64,000 nucleotides of DNA from Octopus sinensis (GCF_006345805.1 NC_043022.1:4588001-4652000); one strand, 5' to 3'. Shown: positions 13,030 through 26,240, numbered from the stretch's first letter. A program made the numbers and translations. Notes: generated by a model from the letters alone, not told the origin.

Positions 13030-13700
13030 AACGAGATGAAGAGTTCATGAAGGAATGACGGAATGAGTGAATGACGGAATGAGTGAATGACGGAATGAGT
13101 GAATGACGGAATGACTGAATGACTGAATGACGGAATGAGTGTATGACGGAATGAGGGAATGACGGAATGAGTGAATGACGGAATGAGTGAATGACGGAAT
13201 GAGTGAATGACGGAATGAGTGAATAACGGAATGAGTGAATGACGGAATGAGTGAATGACGGAATGAGTGAATGACGGAATGAGTGAATGACAGAATGAGT
13301 GAATGACGGAATGAGTGAATGACGGAATGAGTGAATGACGGAATGAGTGAATGACGGAATGAGTGAATGACGGAATGAAAGAATGACGGAATGAGTGAAT
13401 GACGGAATGAGTGAATGACGGAATGAGTGAATGACGGAATGAGTGAATGACGGAATGAGTGAATGACAGAATGAGTGAATGACGGAATGAGGGAATGACA
13501 GAATGAGGGAATGAGGGAATGACGGAATGAGTGAATGACGGAATGAGTGAATGACGGAATGAGGGAATGACGGAATGAGTGAATGACGGAATGAGTGAAT
13601 GACGAAATGAGTGAATGACGGAATGAGTGAATGATGGAATGAGTGAACGACGGAATGAGTGAACGACGGAATGAGTGAATGACGGAATGAGTGAATGACA
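13030..13700. repeat. 16-bp minisatellite (GAATGACGGAATGAGT)n, about 40 units
   Basis: Direct inspection; dimer of two related 8-mers. Confidence 0.95.
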
Positions 13701-14199
13701 GCGACAGAACAAGAAGATTTACAAATGAGGAAAATAGAAAATAAAAGAAATAAAAAAATAAAAACGAAATATAAATGAGAAATATATTAAAAAAAAACAA
13801 AATCAAAGTAATACATTCAAAGTAATTTGAAAGAGATAAAATATTGAAGCAAACAACATCCGCAACCCTCGTTTAAATAGCATCGGTTTACGATGTTAAA
13901 ACTTCGAAATTGGAATCAAATTGAGACAATCTGTCTGATAACTGAGTGGTGGTAGTGGTGGTGGTGGAAGTGAAAGTGAAAGTAAATGTGTGAGCTAAAT
14001 GAAATTTAACGAAGACAACGACAACGGTGACAAGAACGTCAGTGACGGTGATGGCGGCGGGGGATGACGGCGGTTAAAGTGATTATTGCTTGCTTTAGAA
14101 CAATGAGTTTTCGGAACATTCCCCCCTCTCCCCCCCTGCTCCTCCTGACTGATGTCTGTTGAAAAGATTTAATAATAGGAAGAGAAAGAGAGTGAGGAG

Positions 14200-14560
14200 G
14201 GAGAAGGCGAAGGAGATTAAGGAGATAGGGGGAGATTAAGAGAAAGGGGAGAGAGTAAAGAGAAGAGGGGAAGAATAAGGGGATATGGGGGAGAGTAAAG
14301 AGAAGAGGGGAAGAATAAGGATATAAGGGGGGAGAGTAAAGAGAAGAGGGGAAGAATAAGGAGATAAGGGGGAGAGTAAGGAGAAAAGGGGAAGAATAAA
14401 GAGATGAGGGAGAGAGTGAGGAGATAGGGAAGAGTTAGAGGGATTGAGGGAGAGAAGAGTAGAAGAGAGAAAAGAGACAAAGTGGGAGGGATGAAGAGAA
14501 AGGAGAGTACAAGGGATTGGGAGAGATGAAGAGCGAAAGAGGAGAACATTGGAAAAATTA
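14200..14560. repeat. Purine-rich ~41-bp degenerate minisatellite
   Basis: Repeats of gggggagagtaaagagaagaggggaagaataaggagataa. Confidence 0.8.
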
Positions 14561-14680
14561 GGAGAAATAAAGTGTCCCACCCAAAGGTATGACATGCTGC
14601 TGGGAATTGAACTCACAACTTTATGATTGTGAGGCAAATACCCTGGAAACAAAGCTATTCATCTTCACAAAAAAACCTGG

Positions 14681-15270
14681 CACTCCATCGGTTACGACTA
14701 CAAGAGTTCCAGTTGATCCGATCAACAGAACAGCCTGCTCATGAAATGAACATGCAAGTGGCTGAGTACTCCACAGACATGTATACCCTTAATGTAGTTC
14801 TCAGGGAGATTCAGCATGACACACAGAATGTAACAAGGCTGTCCCCCTTTGAATTACAGGTACAACTCATTTTTGCCAGCTGAGTGGACTGGAACAATGT
14901 GGAATAAAGTATCTTGCTCAAGGACACAACCCACTGCCAGGAGCTGAACTCATGGCCTTGACCACTAAGCCAGGTGCCTTTGGTAACTCCATCAGTTATA
15001 TGATCAATGGAAGAGCCTGCTTGTGAAAGGAATTTGCAAGTGGCTGAGTACTCCACAGACATCCACACTGTTAACATAGCTCTTAGGGAGATTCAGCATG
15101 ACACTGAAAGTGACAAGGCTGGCCCCTTTGGAATTACAGGTACAATTCATTCTTGCCAGCTGAGTGGACTGGAGCAATAAAGTGTCTTGCTCAAGGACAC
15201 AATGCATCACCAGGAATCGAACTTATGGTCTCACAACCGTGACCTGAGCACCTGAGCCATGCGCCTTCAG
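14681..15270 (-). mobile_element. Two tandem chimeric SINEs (C head/body, B-type tail)
   Basis: Head gaaggcgcatggctcag and body tgtgtccttgagcaag as in SINE-C; tail as in SINE-B. Confidence 0.7.
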
Positions 15271-15279
15271 TTCCAAGTT

Positions 15280-15530
15280 GACTCATAAACTGTCTTCATC
15301 CGTATGGCCATGCGTATGAATGAAGACAGCTGCATAAAGAAGTGCCAATCTGTAATTGTGGAGGGAACCTGTGGAAGAGGTAGACCCAAGAAGATGTTGG
15401 ATGAAGGGGTGAAAAAGGACCGTCAGATGTTGGGGTCTCGCACAGAAGATGACAAGGGACTGAGACTTCTGGTAGTTTGCTGTGCTTGGGAAGAAACATC
15501 AAGCTAAGTAAAACCATGGCCATCCATACA
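15280..15530 (+). mobile_element. RTE LINE ORF 3' end, degenerate
   Basis: MRMNEDSCIKKCQSVIVEGTCGRGRPKK…: typical RTE C-terminal GRGRP region. Confidence 0.75.
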
Positions 15531-15577
15531 TACAGGCATGTCGTTTACAGCCATGCCCTCCCCCCACTCCTTCCCTC

Positions 15578-15928
15578 AGCCAAGAATTAATGCATTCGAG
15601 CTTTGGTGTTGGAGAAGACTTTTGCGGATTCCATGGACAGCGAGGCTCACCAATGGAGAAGTTCTTAAGCAGATAAGGCCGAAAATGTCACTAGAAGCTA
15701 GGATCACCAACTATAGATTGGCATATTTCGGTCATATTATGCGGAGAAGGACATCATGCTCGGAATGGTCAGTGGCAAGAGAGGAAGAGGCCGACCAAGA
15801 ACCCGCTGGCTTGACACCATCAGGAGTGATACCGGAATGGACATGGCTAATCTGAAGGAAGTGGCCCAGGATAGAACTGACTGGAGGACACTGATCCAAT
15901 GAGTGACCGAGAGTCGACTTCGACTGAG

Positions 15929-15980
<52 letters not shown>

Positions 15981-16153
15981 CGGAATGGTCAGTGGCAAGA
16001 GAGGAAGAGGCCAACCAAGAACCCGCTGGCTTGACACCATCAGGAGTGATACCGGAATGGACATGGCTAATCTGAAGGAAATGGCCCAGGATAGAACTGA
16101 CTGGAGGACACTGATCCAACGAGTGACCAAGAGTCGACTTCGACTGAGCGGAT
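15578..16153 (+). mobile_element. RTE/BovB-like LINE 3' fragment plus tandem copy of its last ~170 bp
   Basis: RINAFELWCWRRLLRIPWTAR…YFGHIMRR…GRGRPRTRWLD…DRTDWRTLIQ*VTESRLRLS; duplicate 15980-16153 after (AT)n. Confidence 0.85.
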
Positions 16154-16154
16154 A

Positions 16155-16392
16155 GAGAGAGGTACCATGCACAAAGAAAGCACCTGTGCAGGTGTCACAT
16201 GGAAAAGCACCTGGGCTGGTGCCACGTAAAACGCACCCAGTACACTCTGTGAAGTGGTTGGCATTAGGAAGGACATGAAGCCCTAGAAACCATGCCAAAG
16301 CAGAGAGTTGGAGCTATGTGCAGTTCTATGGCTCACCAGCTCTGGTCAAACTGTTCAACCCATGCAAGTATGGAAAATGGACGTTAGATGAT
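16155..16392 (+). mobile_element. RTE 3' UTR fragment (family D)
   Basis: aaaagcacc subrepeats, ggcattaggaagg…ggaaaatggacgttagatga. Confidence 0.65.
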
Positions 16393-16990
16393 TGCAGACC
16401 ACCAGACAGTCACCATAATCTTTTGCTGATGCAACTTTGGCTTTGGGAAATGTTTGGGGGGACTCATCTTGACCAAACCACTGACCTGATCATTTACAGT
16501 TATCATAAAGGAACCACTTTTCGTCACTAGTGACTATTCGGTCAAGAAAAGGACCATTGGTGTTTTGCAGAAAGAGCATCAAACACACTTCAAAACACTG
16601 AACTTTTTGATTCTCATTGAGCTCATGCAGTACCCCGCCCCCCATTTATCGAGCTTTTCCTCCTGACCAATCTTCCGCAGATTGCGTGATACCATTGCAA
16701 TACCGACACTAAGTACCTGAGACATTTCTCTGACACTTTGACATGGGTTTTGTTCAACAATTGCTTTCAATTGATCATTGCCAAGACTGTATGACCGTCC
16801 TCTACCCTCTTCATCTTTAGGGCTCTCATCACCACAACGGAATTTCTGAAACCACCTTCGTACTGTGCGATCACTTGTGGACCCCTCTCCCCATGCTCTG
16901 TTGATATTTGCAGCAGTTTGGGAGGCATTGTGCCCTAGCTTGAACTCATGCAAGAAAAGTAAACGAAGGTCCTTTTTTTGTCATCTTCAT
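16392..16990 (-). mobile_element. Mariner transposase pseudogene fragment (Hsmar1/cecropia-like)
   Basis: HEFKLGHNASQTAANINRAWGEG…TVRRWFQKFR (HTH), KLDKW, PFLDRIVTSDEKW (first catalytic D), HFPKPKLHQQKIMVTVWWS; frameshifts and stops. Confidence 0.9.
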
Positions 16991-17179
16991 AATTAAGGGC
17001 CCCTATGCTTCAAGAATATTTTCTGTCTGGAATAAATAGAAAATTATTAAAGAGCATACGTCAATTATTAAGTATGTTGAAATTCACCTGAAATATAATT
17101 AAAATACTTTGATGAAATTGCGTTTCAAAACACAACACAGAGAGCGGCCATTATTTTCGGAACAACTTAACACAAACAC

Positions 17180-17825
17180 CACAATCACTACTGCTACCAC
17201 CACAGAAAGTACAAGCACCACAACCAAAAGTACCACCACCACAACCACAATTAGAACGATGACAACAACCACCACCACAACCATCACAATCACCACCACA
17301 ACTATCACAAACACCACCACAATCACAACCACCACCACCACCACCACCACAACCATCACAAACACCACCACAATCACAACCACCACCACCACCACCACCA
17401 CCACCACAACCATCACAAACACCACCACCACCACAATCACAACCACCACCACCACCACCACCACCACCACCACAACCATCACAAACACCACCACCACCAC
17501 CACAATCACAACCACCACCACCACCACCACCACCACAACCATCACAAACACCACCACAATCACAACCACCACCGCCACCACCACCACCACCACAATTAGA
17601 ACGATGACAACAACCACCACCACAATCACAACCACCACCACCACTATCTCCATGACCATCTCCACCTCCAAAGCTATCACTACCATCACCAGTACCACAA
17701 CCATCATTACAAATGTCGCCAAAACCACCACCACCACCACCACCACAACAACAACAACAACTACCACCACCACCATACAACAACAACAACTACCACAACC
17801 ACCACAACCCCCACCACCATCATCA
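17180..17825. repeat. (CAC/AAC) trinucleotide-based compound repeat
   Basis: Direct inspection. Confidence 0.9.
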
Positions 17826-18199
17826 AAGACCAAACTAATTCAGTGTTTTGCAACAAATCTCGATTCTATCTTTGATAGCGAAATCCCATTGAATTCTTCA
17901 TTCTGTGAACATTTTCTGCATCAAGTAATTCCGGTAGATTTACTGCACTGACCTCTGCCGTCTTTGATCTGTTTAGTCGCAATCAGAATGGACAGTTAGT
18001 TAGGTGGCAAATCTATGGCGAGAGACATTGTTTTGGACGAGGAACCGTACCGTTTAGATTGTGGTGCGCCGTTCTTGAGAATTATTAGCGTTACCATGCT
18101 GTTGTTAATATTGTGGAGAAATATAAACCAAAACACGGAAGGAGGCTTTGTGATGCAAGTGACCACGAAATACGTATTTATGTGTGTGTGTGTCAGAGT

Positions 18200-18263
18200 G
18201 TGTATAAATATATATACATATATATATGTATGCAAGCATATGTAAATTATTTATATAAATAAA

Positions 18264-18330
<67 letters not shown>

Positions 18331-18380
18331 TATATATTATATATATATATATATATATAATATATATATATATAATATAT

Positions 18381-18434
<54 letters not shown>

Positions 18435-18483
18435 CATGTATATATATATGTATATATATGCATGCACACACACACATATATAC

Positions 18484-18522
<39 letters not shown>

Positions 18523-18885
18523 TATATATATATATGTATATATACATACATATATCTATATATATACATATATATACACATACATACTAGTATTTAGTCT
18601 CTTTGAACTAGTTAATGTGCAACTTGTATTTCATAGCATAGCACATAACAATTACATACCCTATATGTATGTATGTGTGTGTGTATATATGTGTGTGTGT
18701 ATGTATGTATGTATGTGTGTATGTATGTGTGTGTATGTGTGCATACATGCATGTATGTATGTATGCATATATGTATGTATGTATACAATTATACATGTAT
18801 ATATTTATATAACATTTTGTATACAAATATATAGGTATATTTATACACACACACACACACATACATATATACACACACACACACA
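18200..18885. repeat. (AT)/(TG)/(TATG) microsatellites
   Basis: Direct inspection. Confidence 0.9.
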
Positions 18886-19245
18886 TTGTTTTATTGGATG
18901 TAAACGGGGCCATTTCCATCTCAGATGTTTTCCCCCTCATTCCTGCATCCTTATAATTTTTGTCTACGTGAGATGAGATTCTGCATCCGCTCATAGAATT
19001 CACACATTTGCATACGTATTACATGGTCTTTAACTAATTTTGCCGGTAAATTTGAAATGTTTGTATTAATTTAGCATTAGAATTCTTCAAGTTGTATAAA
19101 ATTAGTCATTGTCTGCATCATTCGAAAGAGAAATAAATTCTGCATAATGTGTAAAAGTTAAAAATAATTTGTATGGTGTTAGTAACAAAATATTTTGTAA
19201 GAAATAGAACTTTTATCATCGGTCTGAAATTTATTTTCACCAACG

Positions 19246-19467
19246 TATTCTTTTAGTCTTTTACTTGTTTCAGTCATTTGACTGCGGCCATGCTGGAGCA
19301 CCACCTTTAATCGAGCAACTCGACCCCGGGACTTATTCTTTTTGTAAGCCCAGTACTTATTCTATCGGTCTCTTTTGCCGAACCACTAAGTAACGGGGAC
19401 ATAAACACACCAGCATCGGTTTTCAAGCAATGCTAGGGGGACAAACACAGACACACAAACACACACA

Positions 19468-19505
<38 letters not shown>

Positions 19506-20056
19506 GGGCTTCTTTCAGTTTCCGTCTACCAAATCCACTCACAAGGCTTTGGTCGGCCCGAGGCTATAGTAGAGGACACTTGTCCAAGGTGCCACGCAGT
19601 GGGACTGAACCCGGAACCATGTGGTTGGTTAGCAAGCTACTTACTACACACATATATATATATATATTTCCATTCATTTATTCATTTCAGTCATTTGATT
19701 GCGGCCATGCTGGAGCACCGCCTTTAGTCAAGGAAATCGACCCCAGGACTTATTCTTTGTAAGCCTAGTATTTATTCTATCAGTCTCTTTTGCCGAAACG
19801 CTAAGTTACGGGGACGTAAACACACCAACATCGGTTGTCAAGCAATGTTGGGGGAGGGGGGCAAACACAACACACAAACATACACATATATACGACGGGT
19901 TTCTTTCAGTTTCCGTCTACCAAATCCACTCACAAGGCTTTGGTCGGCCCGAGGCTATAGCAGAAGACACTTGCCCAAGGTGCCACGCAGTGGAACTGAA
20001 CCCGGAACCATATGGTTGGTAAGCAAGCTACTTACCACACAGCCACTCCTACGCCT
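19246..20056 (-). mobile_element. Two tandem SINE-A copies (19246-19650, 19675-20056)
   Basis: Both match the SINE-A consensus. Confidence 0.9.
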
Positions 20057-20239
20057 ACATTACTCACAGGTAATGTCATCAGCTTACCTTTTGAAATTAA
20101 AATTTAAACATTAAAAACTAAACTGTTTATCCATTAAGTAATGATGCATTGGCCACTTTGATTTAATACTGATTCTGTTGCATACACTGGATTAATTACA
20201 GATATTAACCATGGGGAAAATTTTTTTAAAGTAAAAGAT

Positions 20240-20563
20240 GGGAATTCCTGGAGAGTTCCAAGGATTTCCTGGAAAGTTCCGAGGATTTGGGAACTTCCTG
20301 GAAATTTCTGAGGACTTCATGGAAAGTTCCAAGGATGGGACTTCTCGGAAAACTCCGATGATTTCCAGGCAAGTTACAAGGATTTTGTGACTTCCTGGAA
20401 AGTTCCGATGATTTGGGTATTTCCTGGTAAAGTTCCGAGGATTTCCTGGTAAAGTTCGGAGGATTTGGGCACTTCCTAGAAAATTCCGAGGATTTCCTGG
20501 AAAGTTTGGAGGATTTAGGGACTTACTGGAAAGTTCGGAGGATTTGGGACATCCCGGAAAGTC
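20240..20563. repeat. Degenerate 20/28-bp minisatellite, core TTCCTGGAAAGTTCCGAGGAT
   Basis: About 13 imperfect units, with an optional TTGGGAC spacer. Confidence 0.85.
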
Positions 20564-21159
20564 TTAATCAAACAATTCTGCTTATTATGTAGTTTGAATG
20601 AGAAACTGTAAGTAAAGATTAAGATTATTAACCCCACAAAGGGGTGAAAGAAGAGAGACAGCATAGCGAAAGTTTTGGCTGACTCCCCTTGTTGCTAGCA
20701 AAATGGTATATGCCGGCTGTGTGAGCAACTGGTTGTTTTGATGGTGGAATAAACGGGAATTCCATTAGAAAAGTTTTAATCGATTTTTCTCGGTAACTAT
20801 GGGGGCTAGGGAAAAAATACAAACGGCATTCCAATCTATGCACCCGTCTCCACATGTGTGCCATTTTTCACGCAAATCCACCCAGCTGTTTGGCTGTGAA
20901 CCTCAAGACAAGATAGAATACAACGATCACCTATGTCCAATTTATATATATATTAAACGATGATGATGATGATGATGATATATATATATATATATATAGA
21001 TACACACACATATATGCGTACACATATATAGATACATACATATATATATATATATATAGACACACACATATATACATATATATACACATATATATACATG
21101 CATACACATATACACACACACACATATATACACATACATATATGTATATATATGTGTAT

Positions 21160-21397
21160 ATTCTTTTCTTCTTTTACATGCTTCTGTCATTTGACTGCAG
21201 CCATGCTGGAGCACTGATTTAAAGAGTTTTAGCCAAAGAAATCGACCCCCAAGACTTAATCTTTGTAAGCCTAGTATTTATTATGTCAGTCTGTTTTGCC
21301 AAGCTGCTAGGTTACGGAGAAATAAACACATCTGCATCAGTTGTCAAGTGATGCCAGGAGAACAAACACAGACAGCGACACACTCACACACACAGAA

Positions 21398-21445
<48 letters not shown>

Positions 21446-21740
21446 GACGGGCTTCTTCCAGTTTCCTTCTCCCAAATCCACTCACAAGGGTTTGTGTGTG
21501 TGTGTATGTGTGTGTGTGTATTTGTTTATGTGTCTGTGTTTGTTCCCCTCACCACCACCACCATCACTTGACAACCGATTTTGGTGTGTTTACGTCCCCG
21601 TAACTTAGCAATTCAGCAAAAGCGACCGATGGAGTAAGTCCTAAGCTTACAAAGAGTAAGTCCCAGGGTTGAACTGTTCGACTAAAGGCAGTGCCCCAGC
21701 ATGGCCACAGTCAAATGACTGAAACAAGTAAAAGAATAAC
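21160..21740. mobile_element. Two older partial SINE-A copies in opposite orientation
   Basis: 21160-21490 minus, 21510-21740 plus. Confidence 0.7.
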
Positions 21741-21748
21741 AGAATGAT

Positions 21749-22130
21749 GGAAGCATTCCATTGGTTACGACGACGTGGGTTCCGGTTGATCCGAATCAAC
21801 GGAACAGCCTGCTCGTGAAATTAACGTGTAAGTGGCTGAGCACTCCACAGACACGTGTACCCTTAACGTAGTTCTCAGGGATATTCAGCGTAACACAGAG
21901 AGTGACAAGGCCGGCCCTTTGAAATACAGGTACAACAGAAACAGGAAGAAAGAGTGAGAGAAAGTTGAGGCGAAAGAGTACAACAGGGGTCGCCACCACC
22001 CCCTGCTGGAGCCTCGTGGAGCTTTAGGTGTTTTCGCTCAATAAACACACGCAACGCCTGGTCTGGGAATCGAAACCGCGATCCTCCGACCGCGAGTCCA
22101 CTGCCCTAACCATTGGGCCATTGCACCTCC
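21749..22130 (-). mobile_element. SINE-B, full length
   Basis: Matches 8599-8975. Confidence 0.85.
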
Positions 22131-22399
22131 GAATAACAGAATACACACACACACACACCCATATACAACCATCAAGATCATCATTTAAGGTTTATATTCC
22201 ATGCTGGTAAGGGTCAGACAGTTTGACAGGCTCTGATGGGTCCAAGGATGGTATTGCCCTCCATTGAGTGCTTTAGCTTGGTTTCTATGGCTTCTTAACA
22301 CCAACCCCTTTACAGCATGTATCGGGGACTTCTTTTATGTTCCCTTGATACCAGTAAGGTCCCCGTGAAGTTCATAGGACTACAAACCCTGGAGTAGGT

Positions 22400-22660
22400 T
22401 GGAGGGCACAGTTTGCTGGAGAGTCCAGTTTACTGGACATTGTTGTAGAGCTGAAAAAAAAGTAATTTCTACTCTTCTCCTCTGGAAGCCATCTACTCGC
22501 AATACCAGAGGGCGCACACTCTCCTACCCTGATGTAATCTCCAGGGATACAGGCATCCAGCAGCAAGACCTCCGTAATGCCATGATGGACCGTGAAGTCT
22601 GGCGTAGCATGGTAAATTCCATTGTCTCGAACACGGTCGAACAATGATGATGATGATGAC
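22400..22660 (+). mobile_element. RTE-X-like LINE 3' fragment
   Basis: QFTGHCCRAEKKVISTLLLWKP…RGRTLSYPDVISRDTG…AMMDREVWRSMV…EQ*, (ATG)n tail. Confidence 0.75.
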
Positions 22661-23052
22661 AGCTTCATGCAAGGGGACGATGGAATAAATGTAGAAAGCA
22701 GGTGAGGGGCTGGAAGAGAAGGGTTTTTTTGTTGAGGGCTCTACATGCTGGAGCACCGCCTTTTGTTGAGCAGGGGAAAGAGGCAGAGCGAAATGAAAAA
22801 AGGTCAGTAAGACCTGATTAGGGACCAGTTTAGAAGTGGGTGGGCAGTTTGCAAAATTGCATAGGAAAGACAATGAGAGGAAGCAAAGAATTTTTCAGTT
22901 TCCATCTACCAAATCCAGTCATATGTTATCCCATAAGACATTTGCATAGTTTGGCCCAGGGTTTTTCCAAGCTACTGTGGGTTGGGATTGATCTCAAAAC
23001 CACCTGGTTGCAAAGCATATTTCTAGATTATGTAAGAAACACATATTAATGG

Positions 23053-23471
23053 GGCGCAGGAGTGGCTGTGTGGTAAGTAGCTTGTTTACCAACCTCATGG
23101 TTCCGGGTTCAGTCCCACTGCGTGGCACCTTGGGCAAGTGTCTTCTACTATAGCCTCGGGCCAACCAAAGCCTTGCGAGTGGATTTGGTAGACGGAAACT
23201 GAAAGAAGCCTGTCGTATATATGTATATATATAGATATATATATGCGTGTGTGTGTTTGTGTGTCTGTGTTTGTCCCCCTAGCATTGCTTGACAACTGAT
23301 GCTGGTGTGTTTATGTCCCCGTTACTTAGCAGTTCGGCAAAAAGAGACCGATAGAATAAGTACTGGGCTTACAAAAGAATAAGTCCCGGGGTCGAGTTGC
23401 TCGATTAAAGGCAGTGCTCCAGCATGGCCGCAGTCAAATGACTGAAACAAGTAAAAGAGAGTAAAAGAGTA
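23053..23471 (+). mobile_element. SINE-A, full length
   Basis: GGCGCAGGAGTGGCTGTGTGGTAAG…GTAAAAGAGAGTAAAAGAGTA. Confidence 0.9.
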
Positions 23472-23809
23472 TACCGTATCATGAAAAGCTGACTCCTGAG
23501 AGATATACATAATGTGCGTATGCATATATATTGTATATGTATATTGTATATGTATGTATGTGCCTCTGTGAGTGTGTGTGCGTGTGTATATATATCTATA
23601 TATGATATTTTGAGAAGCTTCCTATTGGGATAGTGTTTAACATTGGAATTTTTTCTTTAGTTTTTTTCTTCTTTTTTTGCCTTAAAATTATTACAATTTC
23701 TATTTAAGCAACACAAAGGCTCCAGCAGATAATCGCAAGCAAATTGATAATTCTTCAGAATAATGCAATCCTTTAGGCTTAAGTTACAATGTATTTCACA
23801 TATGCATAA

Positions 23810-23908
23810 TCACCATTATGATCATCACTTTTATTATCATTATCATTATTATCATTATCATTATCATTATTATCATTATTATTATCATTATCATTATTAT
23901 TATTATTA

Positions 23909-23942
<34 letters not shown>

Positions 23943-24037
23943 CATTATTATTATTATTATTATTATTATCATTATTATTATCATTATCATTATTATTTTT
24001 ATCATTATTATTATTATCATTATCATTATTATTATCA

Positions 24038-24068
<31 letters not shown>

Positions 24069-24134
24069 TATTATCATTATTATTATTATTATTATTATCA
24101 TTATTATTATTATCATTATCATTATTATTATTAT

Positions 24135-24173
<39 letters not shown>

Positions 24174-24183
24174 CAGCAGCAGC
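23810..24183. repeat. (ATT/ATC)n then (AGT)n microsatellite
   Basis: Direct inspection. Confidence 0.95.
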
Positions 24184-24537
24184 ATTCGAAAAGGGAGAGA
24201 TAATATATATACTCTAGGGGAGTAATTGGGAACGTCTGAATTTTCCTAAGCACCTAATTATTATTAATTGCCGAGATTTCAGTCTGTAGTTTGGGATGGA
24301 ATTAAATATTATAAAACATGCTTCACATCAGTTTTACAGAAAAAAATGGTATTTCTAATTTGTGAGTTTATATTGCAATCTGATTAATATTTCCAAAATT
24401 CCCTTTCCTTGTTATACGAAGAGTCCCTGAGAGACTTCTCTCAGTAAGATGAATCTTTAAATGGTAAAATTTGGCGTTCAAAGAATTTGGTGCTGCAATA
24501 AAAGAGATAAGGCAATGAATTGGTGAGAATTGTTCAA

Positions 24538-24905
24538 GTCATCATCGTTTAGCATCCGCTTTCCATGCTGGCATGGGTTGGACGGTTCAACTGGGGTCTG
24601 GGAGGCCAGAAGGCTGCACCAGGCCCAGTCTGATCTGGCAATGTTTCTACGGCTGGATGCCCTTCCTAACGCCAACCACTTCATGAGTGTAGTGGGTGCT
24701 TTTTACGTGCCAGACGAGGCTGGCAAATGGCCAAGATTGGATGTTGCTTTTTACATGCCACCGGCACGGAGGCCTGGCGAGGCTGGCAACGGCCACAATC
24801 GGATGGTGCTTTTTACGTTGCCACCGGCACGAGGCCAGTCGGGGCGGCGCTGGCAATGGCTACGTTCGGATGGTTCTCTTATGTGTCACCGGCACTGGTA
24901 TCACA
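24538..24905 (-). mobile_element. RTE 3' UTR (family D) with internal subrepeats
   Basis: Reverse complement of 27325-27762 type. Confidence 0.75.
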
Positions 24906-24959
24906 GCTGGAGAGAAAGCCCTGTGTTATGTGATCCAGTTCTGTGGATCTGAGTTCTAA

Positions 24960-25620
24960 TCCTGCTGTAGGAAGTTAGGCATTTTATACAAGGTGGGCAT
25001 TGATAAACCTGAAAATTTGTCTTCTTGCACTGATATTTGCGGTGCCAAACAACCTTGTCCAATGACTCAACAAGTGCAACAGCGCATCCAAGGACTTCAG
25101 ACTTGCAGCTGGTGACAACCTTGAATCTCATTGCTGAGATAAGTGTAGCGGTCAACAACAGAGGCCCAAGATTTTACATCACTGGTTTCTCCCTGTCCTG
25201 CTCTATAGTTGTGAAACTTGGACATTGTCCAGGATCCTTAGGTTCCACCCGAAATCCTTTGGTATCATGAAATTTCACAAGATTATGGGTTACCATTGGT
25301 TGGATTTCGTATCCAACAAACAACTCAACTCAAAGACTGGGATGCATCCGGTGAGTCATATGATTCAGGAACCCCAGCTCAGGTTGTTTGGCCATGTTGG
25401 CCCTTCACTAAGGATCCAGTTGGGTTGATGGCTCATGTTGGTCAACCACATGCCACATGGTCGCAGCAGATGAAGTGGTGTCTTATGCAGATAGGGACTG
25501 ACTGGGACTGTATTTGATGGGTCGTTATATCTTTGTGAAGAAGACAAAGGTTTGGGTATTTAAGTCTCTGATCCTTCCTAGGACATTGTCTGGGCACTTT
25601 TGGGAGCCATCTTGAACCCC
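24960..25620. mobile_element. Scrambled degenerate RTE RT fragments
   Basis: Minus LDKVVWHRKYQCKKTNFQVY; plus QLRLFGHV…PHATWSQQM and KTKVWVFKSLILP. Confidence 0.5.
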
Positions 25621-25847
25621 TTTTGTACCAGGACGTTTTGTAGGATTATGGGTTACTATTGGTCGGAATTTATAGCTTGGTGTCAAGCAGTTCTTCAGAG
25701 ACCTAACCCTGAATGGCTCTAAAGCTAAACAATGGCGCTTAAAGAATGTCAGGTATTCCTAACACCCGAATCACATTCAGTGACAATTATATATATATAT
25801 ATATATATATCAAACCAAATCAAAATAGATGAACATCAATGGAATTT

Positions 25848-26237
25848 GTATCTTTGTGGTACCAGTGCCGGTGGCACATAAGAGAACCATCCGAACGTGG
25901 CTGTAGCCAGTACCACATCGCTGGCCTCCGTGCTGTGGGCACGTAACAAACACCATCCGATCGTGGCCGTTCGCCAGCCTTGTCTGGCACCTGTGTCTGT
26001 GGCACATAAAATACACCATCCGAGCGTGGCCGTCTGCCAGCCTCGTCTGGCACCTGTGTCGGTGGCACATAAAATCCCCCACTACACTCTCGGAGTGGTT
26101 GGCGTTAGGAAGGGCACCCAGCTGTAGAAACACTGCCAGATCTGACTGGCCTGGTGCAGCCTTCGGGCTCCCCAGACCCCAGTTGAACTGTCCAACCCAT
26201 GCTAGCATGGAAAGCGGACGTTAAACGATGATGATGA

Positions 26238-26240
<3 letters not shown>
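25848..26240 (+). mobile_element. RTE 3' UTR (family D)
   Basis: Subrepeats gtggcac(a/g)taa…accatccga, then the conserved tail and (ATG)n. Confidence 0.75.

Noticed and set aside
17109-17951. 280-aa Thr-rich mucin-like ORF
   Set aside because: Arises from a (CAC/AAC) repeat; the opposite strand is equally open; no signal peptide or splice support.
23053-23130. tRNA genes at SINE heads
   Set aside because: A/B boxes are present but there is no complete cloverleaf; the heads run into SINE bodies in many copies.
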